A stretch of DNA of 64,000 nucleotides, from IMG/VR virus record IMGVR_UViG_3300043112_000040. One strand, given 5' to 3'. The translations under genes and the position numbers were made by a program. Shown here one piece after another: positions 28,122 through 37,544 of the stretch (its first letter is position 1; every line of letters starts with the position of its first letter). The DNA comes from a virus. Below the pieces are notes generated by a model that searched no databases, was not told the origin of the DNA, and saw only the letters and a list, made by a program, of their open reading frames with translations.

Positions 28122-29714
28122 TTATCCTCTCCTTCTTCCACTCTTGTTATTACCATTCTTCAAATCATTTCTAGCCTTTACAATCTTTGCTTTATCATCA
28201 TGCTCAACAAAATAACTGTCATGGCAGAAGGTTCCGTGGTCAAGGCACTGATATAGATATGCAAATTCTGTTTTCTTATAACCCCCGAAACGATCTGCAA
28301 GTTTGCGAAATCTCACCACCCCATATGCGTTTAATTCAGGAGTAGTATCAATAGCAACCATATTTGTAACTGTGTTAAAAATTGCTTTAGCCTCAGACAC
28401 ATGAACGGGTGTCAACTCCATGTCTGTCATACCAGAAGCATTAGCATGAAGCGGAGAAATAATAGCAATATTATATTCATCTGCCATTCTTTTTGCCGTG
28501 TTCCACTCATCAATGATAGCCAATCGTTGCTCTTTATTACCTGTTAACTTATGAGCATTAACATAATCATCAACAATCAAAGATATATCAATGCCTTCCA
28601 CATTTCGTAGATGATCCATAGTGGCCTGAACATCTCGGAAATTAGCAGAGAATTGAGGATATGCAGCAATATGTAACCTATTTCCCCCTTCATATTTAAG
28701 CCACTTCTTGAGCCTCCGTTTAGCGTATTCAGGAGTCAGAATAGGACGATATACTCCTTCTGTATGAAAGTCAATTTGAAAAGTAGAACCTCCATCCTTA
28801 CAAGCAGAACAAGGTTTATAGTCTGGATTTACCTCTTCCTGCCCAACCCTGCCAATTAAATAAGCCTCTTTGTTGGTTCTTTGGGCAAGACGGCATTGGT
28901 TTAGCTTGTTTAGTTTACAGTCAAGTTGAGCATATTCCCCCATAGTACCAGATTCTTTATATGGTCTACGAGTAAGCATATGAATGATACGTTCTCTAAC
29001 CTCAACTTCATTCATCTCATGCGACGATACCAATGTGTGATAGCCTCTTTTGACAGCCTCTAGTGCGAGTTCCAAGGCACAAAAAGATTTACCTCCCTTA
29101 CCAGTAGCAAGGATAGCATGAACGCCGCTTCTGCGGATTGGTCCCATTATCCCACCAATAATTCCGGGATAAGTGAATAATTCATATGATTCCCTGTTGA
29201 AAACACCATCAACAACAGAATCAACGTCTGTCATGTCTCCAATAAAAGAAGTTTCCTTAGCAACAGTATTATAACTAAGCAGGGACCGTTCTGCCTCGTC
29301 AACCCTGCCAAGTTTTATATTGTTACTAATATTTTCAGCAATTGTTTTTAGACTGTTCTTTTTTATATATTCAAGGGTTTTATCGGTCCAATACTTACTA
29401 TTAAAAGAATTATTATTTTCTTCATCACTATCACTGTCTAAAGATAGATTCAATAGTAATGCTTCAATAAGAGTTTTTTCATCTTCATCCAAATGCTCGG
29501 ATTCTGTATTATATGTCTGAGTAATTAAATCATTTATTGGTTTATTATACTTGTTAAAATGCTCAATCGCCCATTTAGCAACCTTTTGAGCAAAAGAAGC
29601 TGACAAAATAGTTGGATTAAGAATCTTGCAAATATTATTACAGTAATCCTGATCAGTAATTAGTCCGATCAGGATTTTTTTCTCAATTTCATTATTTACT
29701 TGTGATACTGGCAT
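28122..29714 (-). CDS. dnaB: DnaB-like replicative helicase
   Basis: Walker A ATGKGGKS, SHEM, IVDDY, SPLHAN, VSEAK. Confidence 0.85.
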   Translation of the reverse strand: MPVSQVNNEIEKKILIGLITDQDYCNNICKILNPTILSASFAQKVAKWAIEHFNKYNKPINDLITQTYNTESEHLDEDEKTLIEALLLNLSLDSDSDEENNNSFNSKYWTDKTLEYIKKNSLKTIAENISNNIKLGRVDEAERSLLSYNTVAKETSFIGDMTDVDSVVDGVFNRESYELFTYPGIIGGIMGPIRRSGVHAILATGKGGKSFCALELALEAVKRGYHTLVSSHEMNEVEVRERIIHMLTRRPYKESGTMGEYAQLDCKLNKLNQCRLAQRTNKEAYLIGRVGQEEVNPDYKPCSACKDGGSTFQIDFHTEGVYRPILTPEYAKRRLKKWLKYEGGNRLHIAAYPQFSANFRDVQATMDHLRNVEGIDISLIVDDYVNAHKLTGNKEQRLAIIDEWNTAKRMADEYNIAIISPLHANASGMTDMELTPVHVSEAKAIFNTVTNMVAIDTTPELNAYGVVRFRKLADRFGGYKKTEFAYLYQCLDHGTFCHDSYFVEHDDKAKIVKARNDLKNGNNKSGRRRG

Positions 29715-29716
29715 AT

Positions 29717-30301
29717 TTATATATTACTTCTGTTTTCATTAATTTTAGCAAGCCCATCCCGCAGTTTTTGCTTATGCTCCTCGGTTAATTGCCTACTAGA
29801 CCAGGGATTACCACCGTAACGGTAAGGCCAAAGAAAACAATCCACTGCCGTACAACTTTTTACTTCAACAAGGGTTTGACTGCCTTGACACATTTTACAG
29901 AAAGTTGTAATAGCGGATTTCAAAGTCAGTTTCTTAGTGCCTTTAGGCATGTATCGTTGACTTCCCCTATACACATTCAATGGACATGATTCTAAACCAC
30001 CATTAGGTGAAGGTTCTCCTGTCCACCTATTAGGACAATCAATTTTATGACCACCACTTCTTTGCTGTAAATTACAATCTTTACAATAACATTTCACTGC
30101 GATCTTACGAGAATAATCTACTCTAGGCTTTCCTTTCTGTTTGAGCCAACCCGCTTCATCCTCAAAAGTTGCTTCTAGATTTCCAGTTACTTCTCTGAGT
30201 TTATTTAGATACATTTCTTCATTTCTTGCACGAATATAATCCGCAGAAGCAAGACCAGATGTTCCTGCTTCGTAGGGGATTTTTGATTTGTTATTTGTCA
30301 T
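29717..30301 (-). CDS. Cys-rich hypothetical protein with duplicated Zn motifs
   Basis: AVKCYCKDC and AITTFCKMC...CTAVDCFLWPYR. Confidence 0.65.
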   Translation of the reverse strand: MTNNKSKIPYEAGTSGLASADYIRARNEEMYLNKLREVTGNLEATFEDEAGWLKQKGKPRVDYSRKIAVKCYCKDCNLQQRSGGHKIDCPNRWTGEPSPNGGLESCPLNVYRGSQRYMPKGTKKLTLKSAITTFCKMCQGSQTLVEVKSCTAVDCFLWPYRYGGNPWSSRQLTEEHKQKLRDGLAKINENRSNI

Positions 30302-30307
30302 ATTATT

Positions 30308-30673
30308 TTACATCTCCCTAAAATTACCATTTCCATCAGAATAAAATATTTTTTTAATACCCAAATCCCGCATCATATTCATACATGCCTCACAAGGTTT
30401 AGCCAACAAGAAATCTCCTTTCTCATTAACCCTGCCCACATATACCACAGAGTTGTTCGCTTTGTCAAGCAGTTTCAGCAAAGCCATTCGCTCCGCACAA
30501 ACTGTTCCCTCTCTCCGTTGCCAAGATCGTTTTGGTAGAAAAGCATGTCTACGCTGATTATGTGCAGACGCAAGGACTCTGTTGCCCTTTAAGACAACAC
30601 ATCCGAGCTTATGCCGCATATCACAACAACTAGCCTCTTTCCTAATGATCTTCTGAGCCAACGGCAACACCAT
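30308..30673 (-). CDS. Cytidine/dCMP deaminase-like zinc deaminase
   Basis: HKLGCV, CAE and PCEAC motifs. Confidence 0.82.
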   Translation of the reverse strand: MVLPLAQKIIRKEASCCDMRHKLGCVVLKGNRVLASAHNQRRHAFLPKRSWQRREGTVCAERMALLKLLDKANNSVVYVGRVNEKGDFLLAKPCEACMNMMRDLGIKKIFYSDGNGNFREM

Positions 30674-30685
30674 AATTTTTATTCC

Positions 30686-31024
30686 TTATTTTTTGTTCAA
30701 CATATTTTCTATATATTTATTTGCTTCTTCTTCATCCAACACTTCAAAAACACAATCAACATCTTTTAACTTTTTATAAAATCCATTAATAATAGATTGC
30801 CCATAAGCAGAAATTCCATATCCAGATTTATAACATCCATAACAAGAACCAGATTCTCCGTGGAAAATATAATAATCTTCTTTGTCTTCAATCTCAGTGA
30901 TTCCAGAATTAAGTCTCCATGCTGAACCATCAAGATAACTTGAATACCAACTACCAAAAATCTTGTGAGTTGGTATTCCTTGATATTCTGTTTTTATGAT
31001 AAGCCAACAATCAGGGTAATACAT
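30686..31024 (-). CDS. Conserved phage hypothetical protein
   Basis: YPDCW...SWYSSYLDGSAWRLNSGI. Confidence 0.65.
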   Translation of the reverse strand: MYYPDCWLIIKTEYQGIPTHKIFGSWYSSYLDGSAWRLNSGITEIEDKEDYYIFHGESGSCYGCYKSGYGISAYGQSIINGFYKKLKDVDCVFEVLDEEEANKYIENMLNKK

Positions 31025-31041
31025 AATTAAACTCTTTTATC

Positions 31042-31593
31042 TTATATATTTTCTACTTCATTGCCCCAAACATCCCAGCCTTCTTTGGGGAAACGACAAA
31101 ACAATTCAATTCGGGGAACATCCCCACACAACTCAACAATAGCATCTCTTATTTCGTCAGGTTTTCGGCTATGTTCTCTCTTCTGGTGATGTTGCATCTG
31201 CCTGACACTTGCACTAACCCTCTTGGGATTTCCTTTTGTAGCCAGTAAACACATTTCTGGATTTTTCCTCGTCCACATACCTACACCAAAATGGTCTTTG
31301 CCAGTTATGGTCAATTTATTCCAAGTAAAGGCAACAGTTTTATACTTAAAACCCCAAGAGTCAATAACTTCCTTGGCATCAAATAATTGTGTGTCAACTA
31401 CCCACAAGAACAAAACACAATGTTCATCTGTTATGGATGTAACAGGCAATCTTTTTATATCATCTAAAGTCATTAAAGGATAATGCTGTTTATTGCCTTT
31501 TTTCTTGTCTCTTCCAAACTGAGAATTACTATCCCAAGGCGGGTCTGCATAAATAATCTGATATTTCTTATTCGGAAATGGTATATGTTCCAT
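31042..31593 (-). CDS. MT-A70 family adenine methyltransferase (second paralog)
   Basis: IIYADPPW, FLWV, AFTWNK, HSRKP, RIELF. Confidence 0.9.
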   Translation of the reverse strand: MEHIPFPNKKYQIIYADPPWDSNSQFGRDKKKGNKQHYPLMTLDDIKRLPVTSITDEHCVLFLWVVDTQLFDAKEVIDSWGFKYKTVAFTWNKLTITGKDHFGVGMWTRKNPEMCLLATKGNPKRVSASVRQMQHHQKREHSRKPDEIRDAIVELCGDVPRIELFCRFPKEGWDVWGNEVENI

Positions 31594-31738
31594 CTTTCAA
31601 CTCCTTAACTATTTTATTGTTTGCATCAAAAATCTTTTGCATATCCTAAACGAATATCTCTTTTTCCAAAGGCTCGAAGAAATAAACCTTCTCATCCTCT
31701 GTTTGGAAATACTCTTTCGTTACCTTTATCACTTTCAT
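31568..31738 (-). pseudogene. Small ORF interrupted by an in-frame TAG
   Basis: AAGGAG RBS; MKVIKVTKEYFQTEDEKVYFFEPLEKEIFV*DMQKIFDANNKIVKELKDGTYTISE*; TAG at 31646-31648. Confidence 0.4.
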
Positions 31739-31913
31739 ATTTCACTCCTTAAATATAATACATTTCAGGTTAAAAAGCAAGTGATTTTAACCAATTTCGT
31801 TTGATTTTGTTTGTTTGTTTTAATTTAATATAATTGCCTCATAGGGCGATAATGAAGTAAAATCGCTTCATAGGGCGATAATTGGATTTTCATAAGCAGT
31901 TATAACCTTGTTT

Positions 31914-32081
31914 TTAAGCAGACCACATAGAATCAATCCATTCATCAACATCATCATCCTGAATACCAAAATAATCCCATAGAAGCTCATTGATATCAGC
32001 AAGGAAAGTTGCATTAGGATAATCAAATTCTTTCTTAGAATGTTTAATCAAAATTTCCATAATTTCTTTTTCAATAGACAT
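31914..32081 (-). CDS. 55-aa acidic hypothetical protein (not in the ORF track)
   Basis: MSIEKEIMEILIKHSKKEFDY...DEWIDSMWSA; follows a GGAGG RBS. Confidence 0.55.
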   Translation of the reverse strand: MSIEKEIMEILIKHSKKEFDYPNATFLADINELLWDYFGIQDDDVDEWIDSMWSA

Positions 32082-32086
32082 ATTAT

Positions 32087-32365
32087 TTATTGTCCTCCTA
32101 ACACTTTCTTTGCAATTTCAATTTCATAAGTTTCATCCGGCATTGACTCACCACACTTTATGATTTCTTCAAGAACTTCTTTAAGTTTCCTGTTCTCTTT
32201 TTTAAGATCATCCATAACTTTTCTTTGTAGTTTAAGGCCAATTTCTTGATACAACACTTTTTCTTCAAGTTTATTATATTCTTCACTAAGTCTATATGGA
32301 CATGTTTCTTTGTGGTGATCACTGACAGATGTTTTTGTTAAGCAGTTGCAAAGAAGTTTTTTCAT
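32087..32365 (-). CDS. Hypothetical coiled-coil protein
   Basis: Start MKKLL after GAGGGG. Confidence 0.55.
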   Translation of the reverse strand: MKKLLCNCLTKTSVSDHHKETCPYRLSEEYNKLEEKVLYQEIGLKLQRKVMDDLKKENRKLKEVLEEIIKCGESMPDETYEIEIAKKVLGGQ

Positions 32366-32456
32366 TTTTATTCCCCTCTTATTTTTCAAGCACCATATAT
32401 CAAATCCGAGAAGATGTCAAGAGAATTGTCGTACTTCCATACCCGTTATTTTTTAA

Positions 32457-34589
32457 TTATTTACTCAAAACCATGTCCCAAATCTTATCAGAAAACAAAT
32501 GTCCTCTCGATAAAACAACCTTCTCTTCCTTGTTCATCTCCACAACCTTATTATAAATGTCCTGAATAACATCACATAACATATTATAAGGAACCTCGTC
32601 AACATCATTCTCAAAATCAAGATATTCATTAACATCCATCCCAATCCAGTCAATCCACTTGTCACAAATAATATTCCAGTCAGACCAACCAAAAGGCAAT
32701 CCACTCACAGAATCCACAATATGCTCTTTATAATAACAAAACCATGTGAAGTAGAACGCTTTAGATTTAACCCCAACTTTCAAAGAACTCTCGTCAAATT
32801 TACCAGTGCTAAAAAATTCATTATACAAGGGAAGCAACCAATTTGGCATTTCCTCATACTCAATATTATATTTTTCCTTGTACTCGGTCTTAGGATCATT
32901 CTTCAAGTTACCTATCTTCCTTGGTTCTTTCATAAATTGAATGAAAAGACTTTTGTTGGAAAGGGTGACATCAAAGAAGAACTTAGACAATGTGCGGCGG
33001 TTCTCAATCCAGTTTTTATGCAAGGGTTCATATTCAGGATCGAAGGCCAGCTTGAAATTGTCAAACACCTTTTTGATCTCCGCCACAGAATAGGGACGAT
33101 TATATTGATCCATTCCATCAAGGTTACAAAAAAACTCATTGGCTTGAATCTTTCGGAAAACCTTAAGAGCTTCCTTGAAAGTTTTTGTGTCTGGTTTGTG
33201 AGCAGGAAATCCAAGTTCAACCCAATAATCATAAATCTGCATGAAGTCGGGTTCAGCCTCCCTCAATTTGCGTAACTGCTCGTGATACTTGAGTTTGTTT
33301 GATTCTGCCCTGTTTTTTGCGGTAGATTTGTTATTTTTTTTGCTAAACATTTCCATATCTTGCAACTCCGTTTGGTATTGTATTGATATTTTTTCCTCGG
33401 ATTTCGCATTTTGGGTGCTTTGGGCTACCCTAGGTCGATTTTTGTCGTAGGATGCGTTCTCTGTCTCTGTGGCTTCTACTATTGGGTCTAAACGAGCATG
33501 TGCGTGTTGGGGTAGGGAAGGGGTTTCCTCCATATAGATATTCTCATAATCAACATCCCACCCAAACTCATACTCGGAACCAGCACATTTGTCAAGAATT
33601 TCGGCGGGGGCGGGCGCGGCATTATACTCACTATTTAGATTATTAGACAGAGGAAGAAATGTAAGATTTGAAATAGAGCAAGGATTCTTAGTTCTATTTA
33701 TTCTTTTATTCTTTTTATACTTTAATCCTTCCTTTTTATCGTTAGTTAAAATATTAGTAGAAGAATTTAAACAAGAGGAACTCTTGCTTGTATTCTTTAC
33801 TTGATATTTATTCCAATCAACGAGACAAGGACTCTTCTTTTCTTCCTCTTCTGAATTTATAAAGATATTTTCAACAGCAACAAAATCCTCCGGTGAGTGA
33901 AACGAAACCGGGGGTTTTGTCATATTCGTTAGAATATTTTTTTCTTTTAAATCTTTTCTTTTAAGAGTATATTCTTTTAAGGGTAAAGAAATTTGCCCCG
34001 GGGGGGTTAAAAAATTTGCCCCGGGGGGGTAAAGAATTTTAACGGGGGGTACTTCATAAATATCCTTATAGGGGGGGTTAAATTTCTTTACTAGGGGGGG
34101 TAAATAAATTTGCCCCGGGTCATTTGTATTACCCGCTGATTTATTTGAATTTTTCACTTTCTTGCTAAATGTTTTTCGTGTTTTTACTATCTCAGGGCAG
34201 ATCGCGTCCATATTCTTTTTTGTGGTAGGAATCCCCTCACTAGATAACTTTTTCCACGCTAATTTGTCTTCTTCAATTAAAAGATCAAGTAAAGTCACAT
34301 TTACCTTGTAATAGGCTTTTTCAAATCCTTTTTTGCCTTTCAGTTTTTTTTCTACAATTCCACAATTAACCAGTTTATTAATTATATTTGTAATTGTAGG
34401 TTTAGAAATCCGAAGATTATATTCAAAATCTTTTATGGTTACATATACCCATTTCTCTGCCGGGTTGTTACTAGTAATGCTTACCCATTTGTTGAGTATA
34501 AATCCAAAAACAATGCTAGCATTTGGATTCTCAAATAATCTAAATGTTGTGTGATAAATCTTTAGAAAGATTCCGTCTGGTGATTTCAT
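32457..34589 (-). CDS. Putative replication initiator (N-terminal winged HTH, internal iterons)
   Basis: ISKPTITNIINKLVNCGIVEKK wHTH, followed by a Pro-rich repeat-encoded linker as in lambda O-type initiators. Confidence 0.6.
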   Translation of the reverse strand: MKSPDGIFLKIYHTTFRLFENPNASIVFGFILNKWVSITSNNPAEKWVYVTIKDFEYNLRISKPTITNIINKLVNCGIVEKKLKGKKGFEKAYYKVNVTLLDLLIEEDKLAWKKLSSEGIPTTKKNMDAICPEIVKTRKTFSKKVKNSNKSAGNTNDPGQIYLPPLVKKFNPPYKDIYEVPPVKILYPPGANFLTPPGQISLPLKEYTLKRKDLKEKNILTNMTKPPVSFHSPEDFVAVENIFINSEEEEKKSPCLVDWNKYQVKNTSKSSSCLNSSTNILTNDKKEGLKYKKNKRINRTKNPCSISNLTFLPLSNNLNSEYNAAPAPAEILDKCAGSEYEFGWDVDYENIYMEETPSLPQHAHARLDPIVEATETENASYDKNRPRVAQSTQNAKSEEKISIQYQTELQDMEMFSKKNNKSTAKNRAESNKLKYHEQLRKLREAEPDFMQIYDYWVELGFPAHKPDTKTFKEALKVFRKIQANEFFCNLDGMDQYNRPYSVAEIKKVFDNFKLAFDPEYEPLHKNWIENRRTLSKFFFDVTLSNKSLFIQFMKEPRKIGNLKNDPKTEYKEKYNIEYEEMPNWLLPLYNEFFSTGKFDESSLKVGVKSKAFYFTWFCYYKEHIVDSVSGLPFGWSDWNIICDKWIDWIGMDVNEYLDFENDVDEVPYNMLCDVIQDIYNKVVEMNKEEKVVLSRGHLFSDKIWDMVLSK
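33989..34120. repeat. Iteron-like repeats (putative replication origin)
   Basis: AAATTTGCCCCGGG three times, and G6-7T tracts at ~34000, 34023, 34044, 34071 and 34094, flanked by AT-rich DNA. Confidence 0.7.
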
Positions 34590-35476
34590 TTTAAACTCTC
34601 TTGTATGTTATTGTTTGTTTCCATATATTTCTCAACTGCCCAATCAGGGATTTCATGAGGGTCAATTCCCTTATCATCTAAATCTTGCTTGATTCTTTGA
34701 GAACAGGAGGCTAGTTCCTGTAACCCGCAACCCGGTAATTTGTGAACTTTCTTGTGACACTTCTTACATAGTGTAATTCCATTATCCACATCATTACTGA
34801 GCATTGGATGAGTTGAGCCGGGATAAATATGATGTGCCTGTAAGCGGTGGGTTCCCCCGCAGATTTGGCATTTATAGTTATCTCTTTTAAAGATTTCATC
34901 CCTTACGAAAGCAGGAAATTCTGTGCCATTGGGCTTTGTTTTGAATCCTTTTGGGTATTTCCTTTGTCTATATAGAGAACATTCGTGTTTACATTTCTCT
35001 GAACAATATAAACGAGACTCTCCATTTATTTGCCCTTTTAATGCCTGTATTCTACTTTGTATTTGTTGATTTGTTGGAATAAAATATTCTCTGCACTCAG
35101 AATTAGCACATTTAACTTCTAAAAATCCTTCAACTGTTTCTCTTGGCTGTTCTTCTATTGTTAGTTGATTGCTATATATATTGAATAGTGCAGGAGACTC
35201 TTTATATTCTTTTTGATATTCTTTTTTATCTAAATTATATTCTTTTTGATATTTTAGTTTATCTTCTCTATGATCTAAATAATATTTTTTATGTATATCT
35301 TCTCGTTTCTCCACGTAATATTTCTTAGTACATTCCCTACATCTATTTTGATATCCTTTAAATCCTTTTTTATTTATATTAAATTCCCACCAATTTCTAA
35401 ACCAACCACATTTAATGCAGACTTTTCCTCCCCACTCTCCTTCAATAAAATATGTTTTGTGTTTATTATATGACAT
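34586..35476 (-). CDS. HNH endonuclease, cassette 3 (type B nuclease domain)
   Basis: MSYN...EWGGKVCIKCGWFR; RDNYKCQICG...AHHIYP...NGITLCKKCHKKVH. Confidence 0.88.
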   Translation of the reverse strand: MSYNKHKTYFIEGEWGGKVCIKCGWFRNWWEFNINKKGFKGYQNRCRECTKKYYVEKREDIHKKYYLDHREDKLKYQKEYNLDKKEYQKEYKESPALFNIYSNQLTIEEQPRETVEGFLEVKCANSECREYFIPTNQQIQSRIQALKGQINGESRLYCSEKCKHECSLYRQRKYPKGFKTKPNGTEFPAFVRDEIFKRDNYKCQICGGTHRLQAHHIYPGSTHPMLSNDVDNGITLCKKCHKKVHKLPGCGLQELASCSQRIKQDLDDKGIDPHEIPDWAVEKYMETNNNIQESLK

Positions 35477-35478
35477 AC

Positions 35479-35691
35479 TTATTCATCCTTTTTTAAATCA
35501 TTATCTTCTTTTAGTCGCTCAACCCATACTGTATTTGTGCGACCATTCCTATATCCGCTGTTATTAGGTTTATTCTCGTCATTCCATGTTGTAGCCCTAC
35601 ACTTCGGGCATGTTTTTGGCAGTTCTTGCTTCCTTTTAATCCAAGTATAATTACAACGGAAGCATTTTAAAACGTAAGTGTCAGTATTCAT
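35479..35691 (-). CDS. Small Zn-ribbon protein (cassette family B)
   Basis: CFRCNYTW...PKTCPKCRATTW; AAGGAG RBS. Confidence 0.75.
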   Translation of the reverse strand: MNTDTYVLKCFRCNYTWIKRKQELPKTCPKCRATTWNDENKPNNSGYRNGRTNTVWVERLKEDNDLKKDE

Positions 35692-35716
35692 ATAGTTCTC
35701 CTTTAATGTAGAAGTG

Positions 35717-35745
35717 ATTATAACAAGATTAATCCCAAAAGTCAA
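35717..35745 (-). promoter_or_regulatory. sigma70 promoter of cassette 3
   Basis: TTGACT-N17-TATAAT; 27/29 identical to the promoter at 41346. Confidence 0.8.
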
Positions 35746-35787
35746 GCATTATTTTCACTTTTATCAAAAATAATTTATAAGTTGTTG

Positions 35788-36567
35788 TTATAGTTCAACA
35801 TTATAAGCCGAAACATGTTCTTCTGATTCGAGGCCAAGGTACCTGAACGTATCCCTAGTTGTGTAATGGCCTAGAATCTCTTGCAAAACTTCAATTCTGA
35901 CGCCACCCTTCCAAGCATGATAACAAAAACTCTTCCTCAAAGACCGTTGTTTTAATACAATGCCAATTTTACGTCCAACCTTACGGAGCATAAATCTGAA
36001 GTAGTCCAGGGTCAGTTTTTTATGACAATTCCTTGCAATAGTCTTTTGATCTCCTCTCGCAGAACAGAAAATGTATCCATCTTGCCATCCCCTAATTTCA
36101 ATCCACTCCACAAGGGCATCAATGGCAGCTTGATTTAGATAGATGCGCCGCTTCTTTTTGGTCTTTTTCTCTGAAATTACGAAACTCATTCCTGCTGTAA
36201 AAGCCTCCGGTCCATTAAAAGGAAGATCAAAATCTTCCATGCGAAGTGAAATCAAATCAGAGCCACGAAGTCCTGTATTGATTCCCATTACAATATAAGC
36301 CTTGTTGCGTATGCCAGTGTTTGAAGTAAAGGCTACAGAAACAAACTCCTTTAGCTTCTGTAAATCTTCTCTGGAATAAACTGGCAGAGCAAACGTTGTC
36401 ATCCCCTTGGTGCTAGGCCGCTGCTCTCCCTTCTTATAAATGAATCTAAGATCACATTTATGTTCAGCCCTTTCGCTCTCATACATCCACACTCCACACT
36501 TCTTGCACTCTACAAAACCCGATTCAACCAACTGTTCTTGAATTGCTTTATTAGCGGCTATTTCCAT
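35788..36567 (-). CDS. Tyrosine recombinase/integrase
   Basis: NTGLRGSD (R), KT.K, RSLRK, LGH and RYLG (Y) motifs. Confidence 0.88.
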   Translation of the reverse strand: MEIAANKAIQEQLVESGFVECKKCGVWMYESERAEHKCDLRFIYKKGEQRPSTKGMTTFALPVYSREDLQKLKEFVSVAFTSNTGIRNKAYIVMGINTGLRGSDLISLRMEDFDLPFNGPEAFTAGMSFVISEKKTKKKRRIYLNQAAIDALVEWIEIRGWQDGYIFCSARGDQKTIARNCHKKLTLDYFRFMLRKVGRKIGIVLKQRSLRKSFCYHAWKGGVRIEVLQEILGHYTTRDTFRYLGLESEEHVSAYNVEL

Positions 36568-36583
36568 TTTTTATTCCTCCTCC

Positions 36584-37108
36584 TTAAACCCATTCAGGTC
36601 TATTTCTATTAGTCCACTTGTCCATAGGCTTCATGTTTTTATCAAACAATTTCTCCCTGCGGTAATATTCTCTATATGCTTCAACTGCGTCCTCACACTT
36701 ATACACATCCGGCATGACTTGAGCAAAGGGAGTTAGTCCGTGTTTTTTAAATTTCCAAAATGTACTTTCCAAATTACACCACTCATTGAATGTATCCCAA
36801 AGCCTTTTCTGAGTCAAATGGATTTTACCAGACCTATAATAAAACTCGTCACACAAAGCAGAAAACAATTCAAACAACCAGACAAAATTAGAATAACTTT
36901 CCCTTGCCCAAATCATACAAGGATGATTCATGTGTGTAAACTTATAGATATTGTCTGTCTTAAAGGCTGTCTCTGCATAGTCACAATCTTTGATCCAGAT
37001 TGTAGTGGAAAGCATTTGTGCGCTTTCCATTATGAGTTTTCGACAGTGAACATCATGGTGATATTGAGCCGCGAGTTTGGGGTCTTTATCTAATACGAAG
37101 ATATTCAT
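36584..37108 (-). CDS. Pyrimidine-dimer DNA glycosylase / DenV-family protein
   Basis: MNIFVLDKDP...D.HCRKLIMESAQMLS...HPCMIWARES. Confidence 0.8.
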   Translation of the reverse strand: MNIFVLDKDPKLAAQYHHDVHCRKLIMESAQMLSTTIWIKDCDYAETAFKTDNIYKFTHMNHPCMIWARESYSNFVWLFELFSALCDEFYYRSGKIHLTQKRLWDTFNEWCNLESTFWKFKKHGLTPFAQVMPDVYKCEDAVEAYREYYRREKLFDKNMKPMDKWTNRNRPEWV

Positions 37109-37435
37109 TTAGATTTCTCCTATAAGTTTATTTAAGGACTTTTGTGACTCTTTAATATATTTATTTTTTCTATCTTCTTTATTATCAAACCATGAAATAA
37201 GTTGTTTTACTCCGTTATTCCCCAATTTATCATGCAGTATTACAAGTTCCTTCCAATATCTACGTTCTTGTCTAAGTTCTTTAATCTTCTTTGCTACTTT
37301 AATCATTTTGACTGCATCTATCCTACAGTCTTCAAGAATATGTAAACAATCATTAATTTGACTTTGAAGCTGGCACATTCTTTGTTTAGCACTAGAAAGA
37401 TGTCCTACTTCTAATGTGTGTTTTGTTTGTTTCAC
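37109..37435 (-). CDS. Hypothetical coiled-coil protein
   Basis: GTG start with GGAG RBS, downstream of the promoter at 37484-37512. Confidence 0.6.
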   Translation of the reverse strand: MKQTKHTLEVGHLSSAKQRMCQLQSQINDCLHILEDCRIDAVKMIKVAKKIKELRQERRYWKELVILHDKLGNNGVKQLISWFDNKEDRKNKYIKESQKSLNKLIGEI

Positions 37436-37544
37436 TTATATATCTCCTTTATTTGTTTCTATTTAATCCTCAAAACCAATCTCTATATAACCGAGTTACG
37501 ATGATATGTCAAGCAACAAAGTTAAAAATCCACACAAAAAGTGA

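Noticed and set aside
31646-31648. TAG stop-codon reassignment (genetic code 15)
   Set aside because: Several core genes (terL, SSB) end in TAG, and long ORFs translate fully under code 11.
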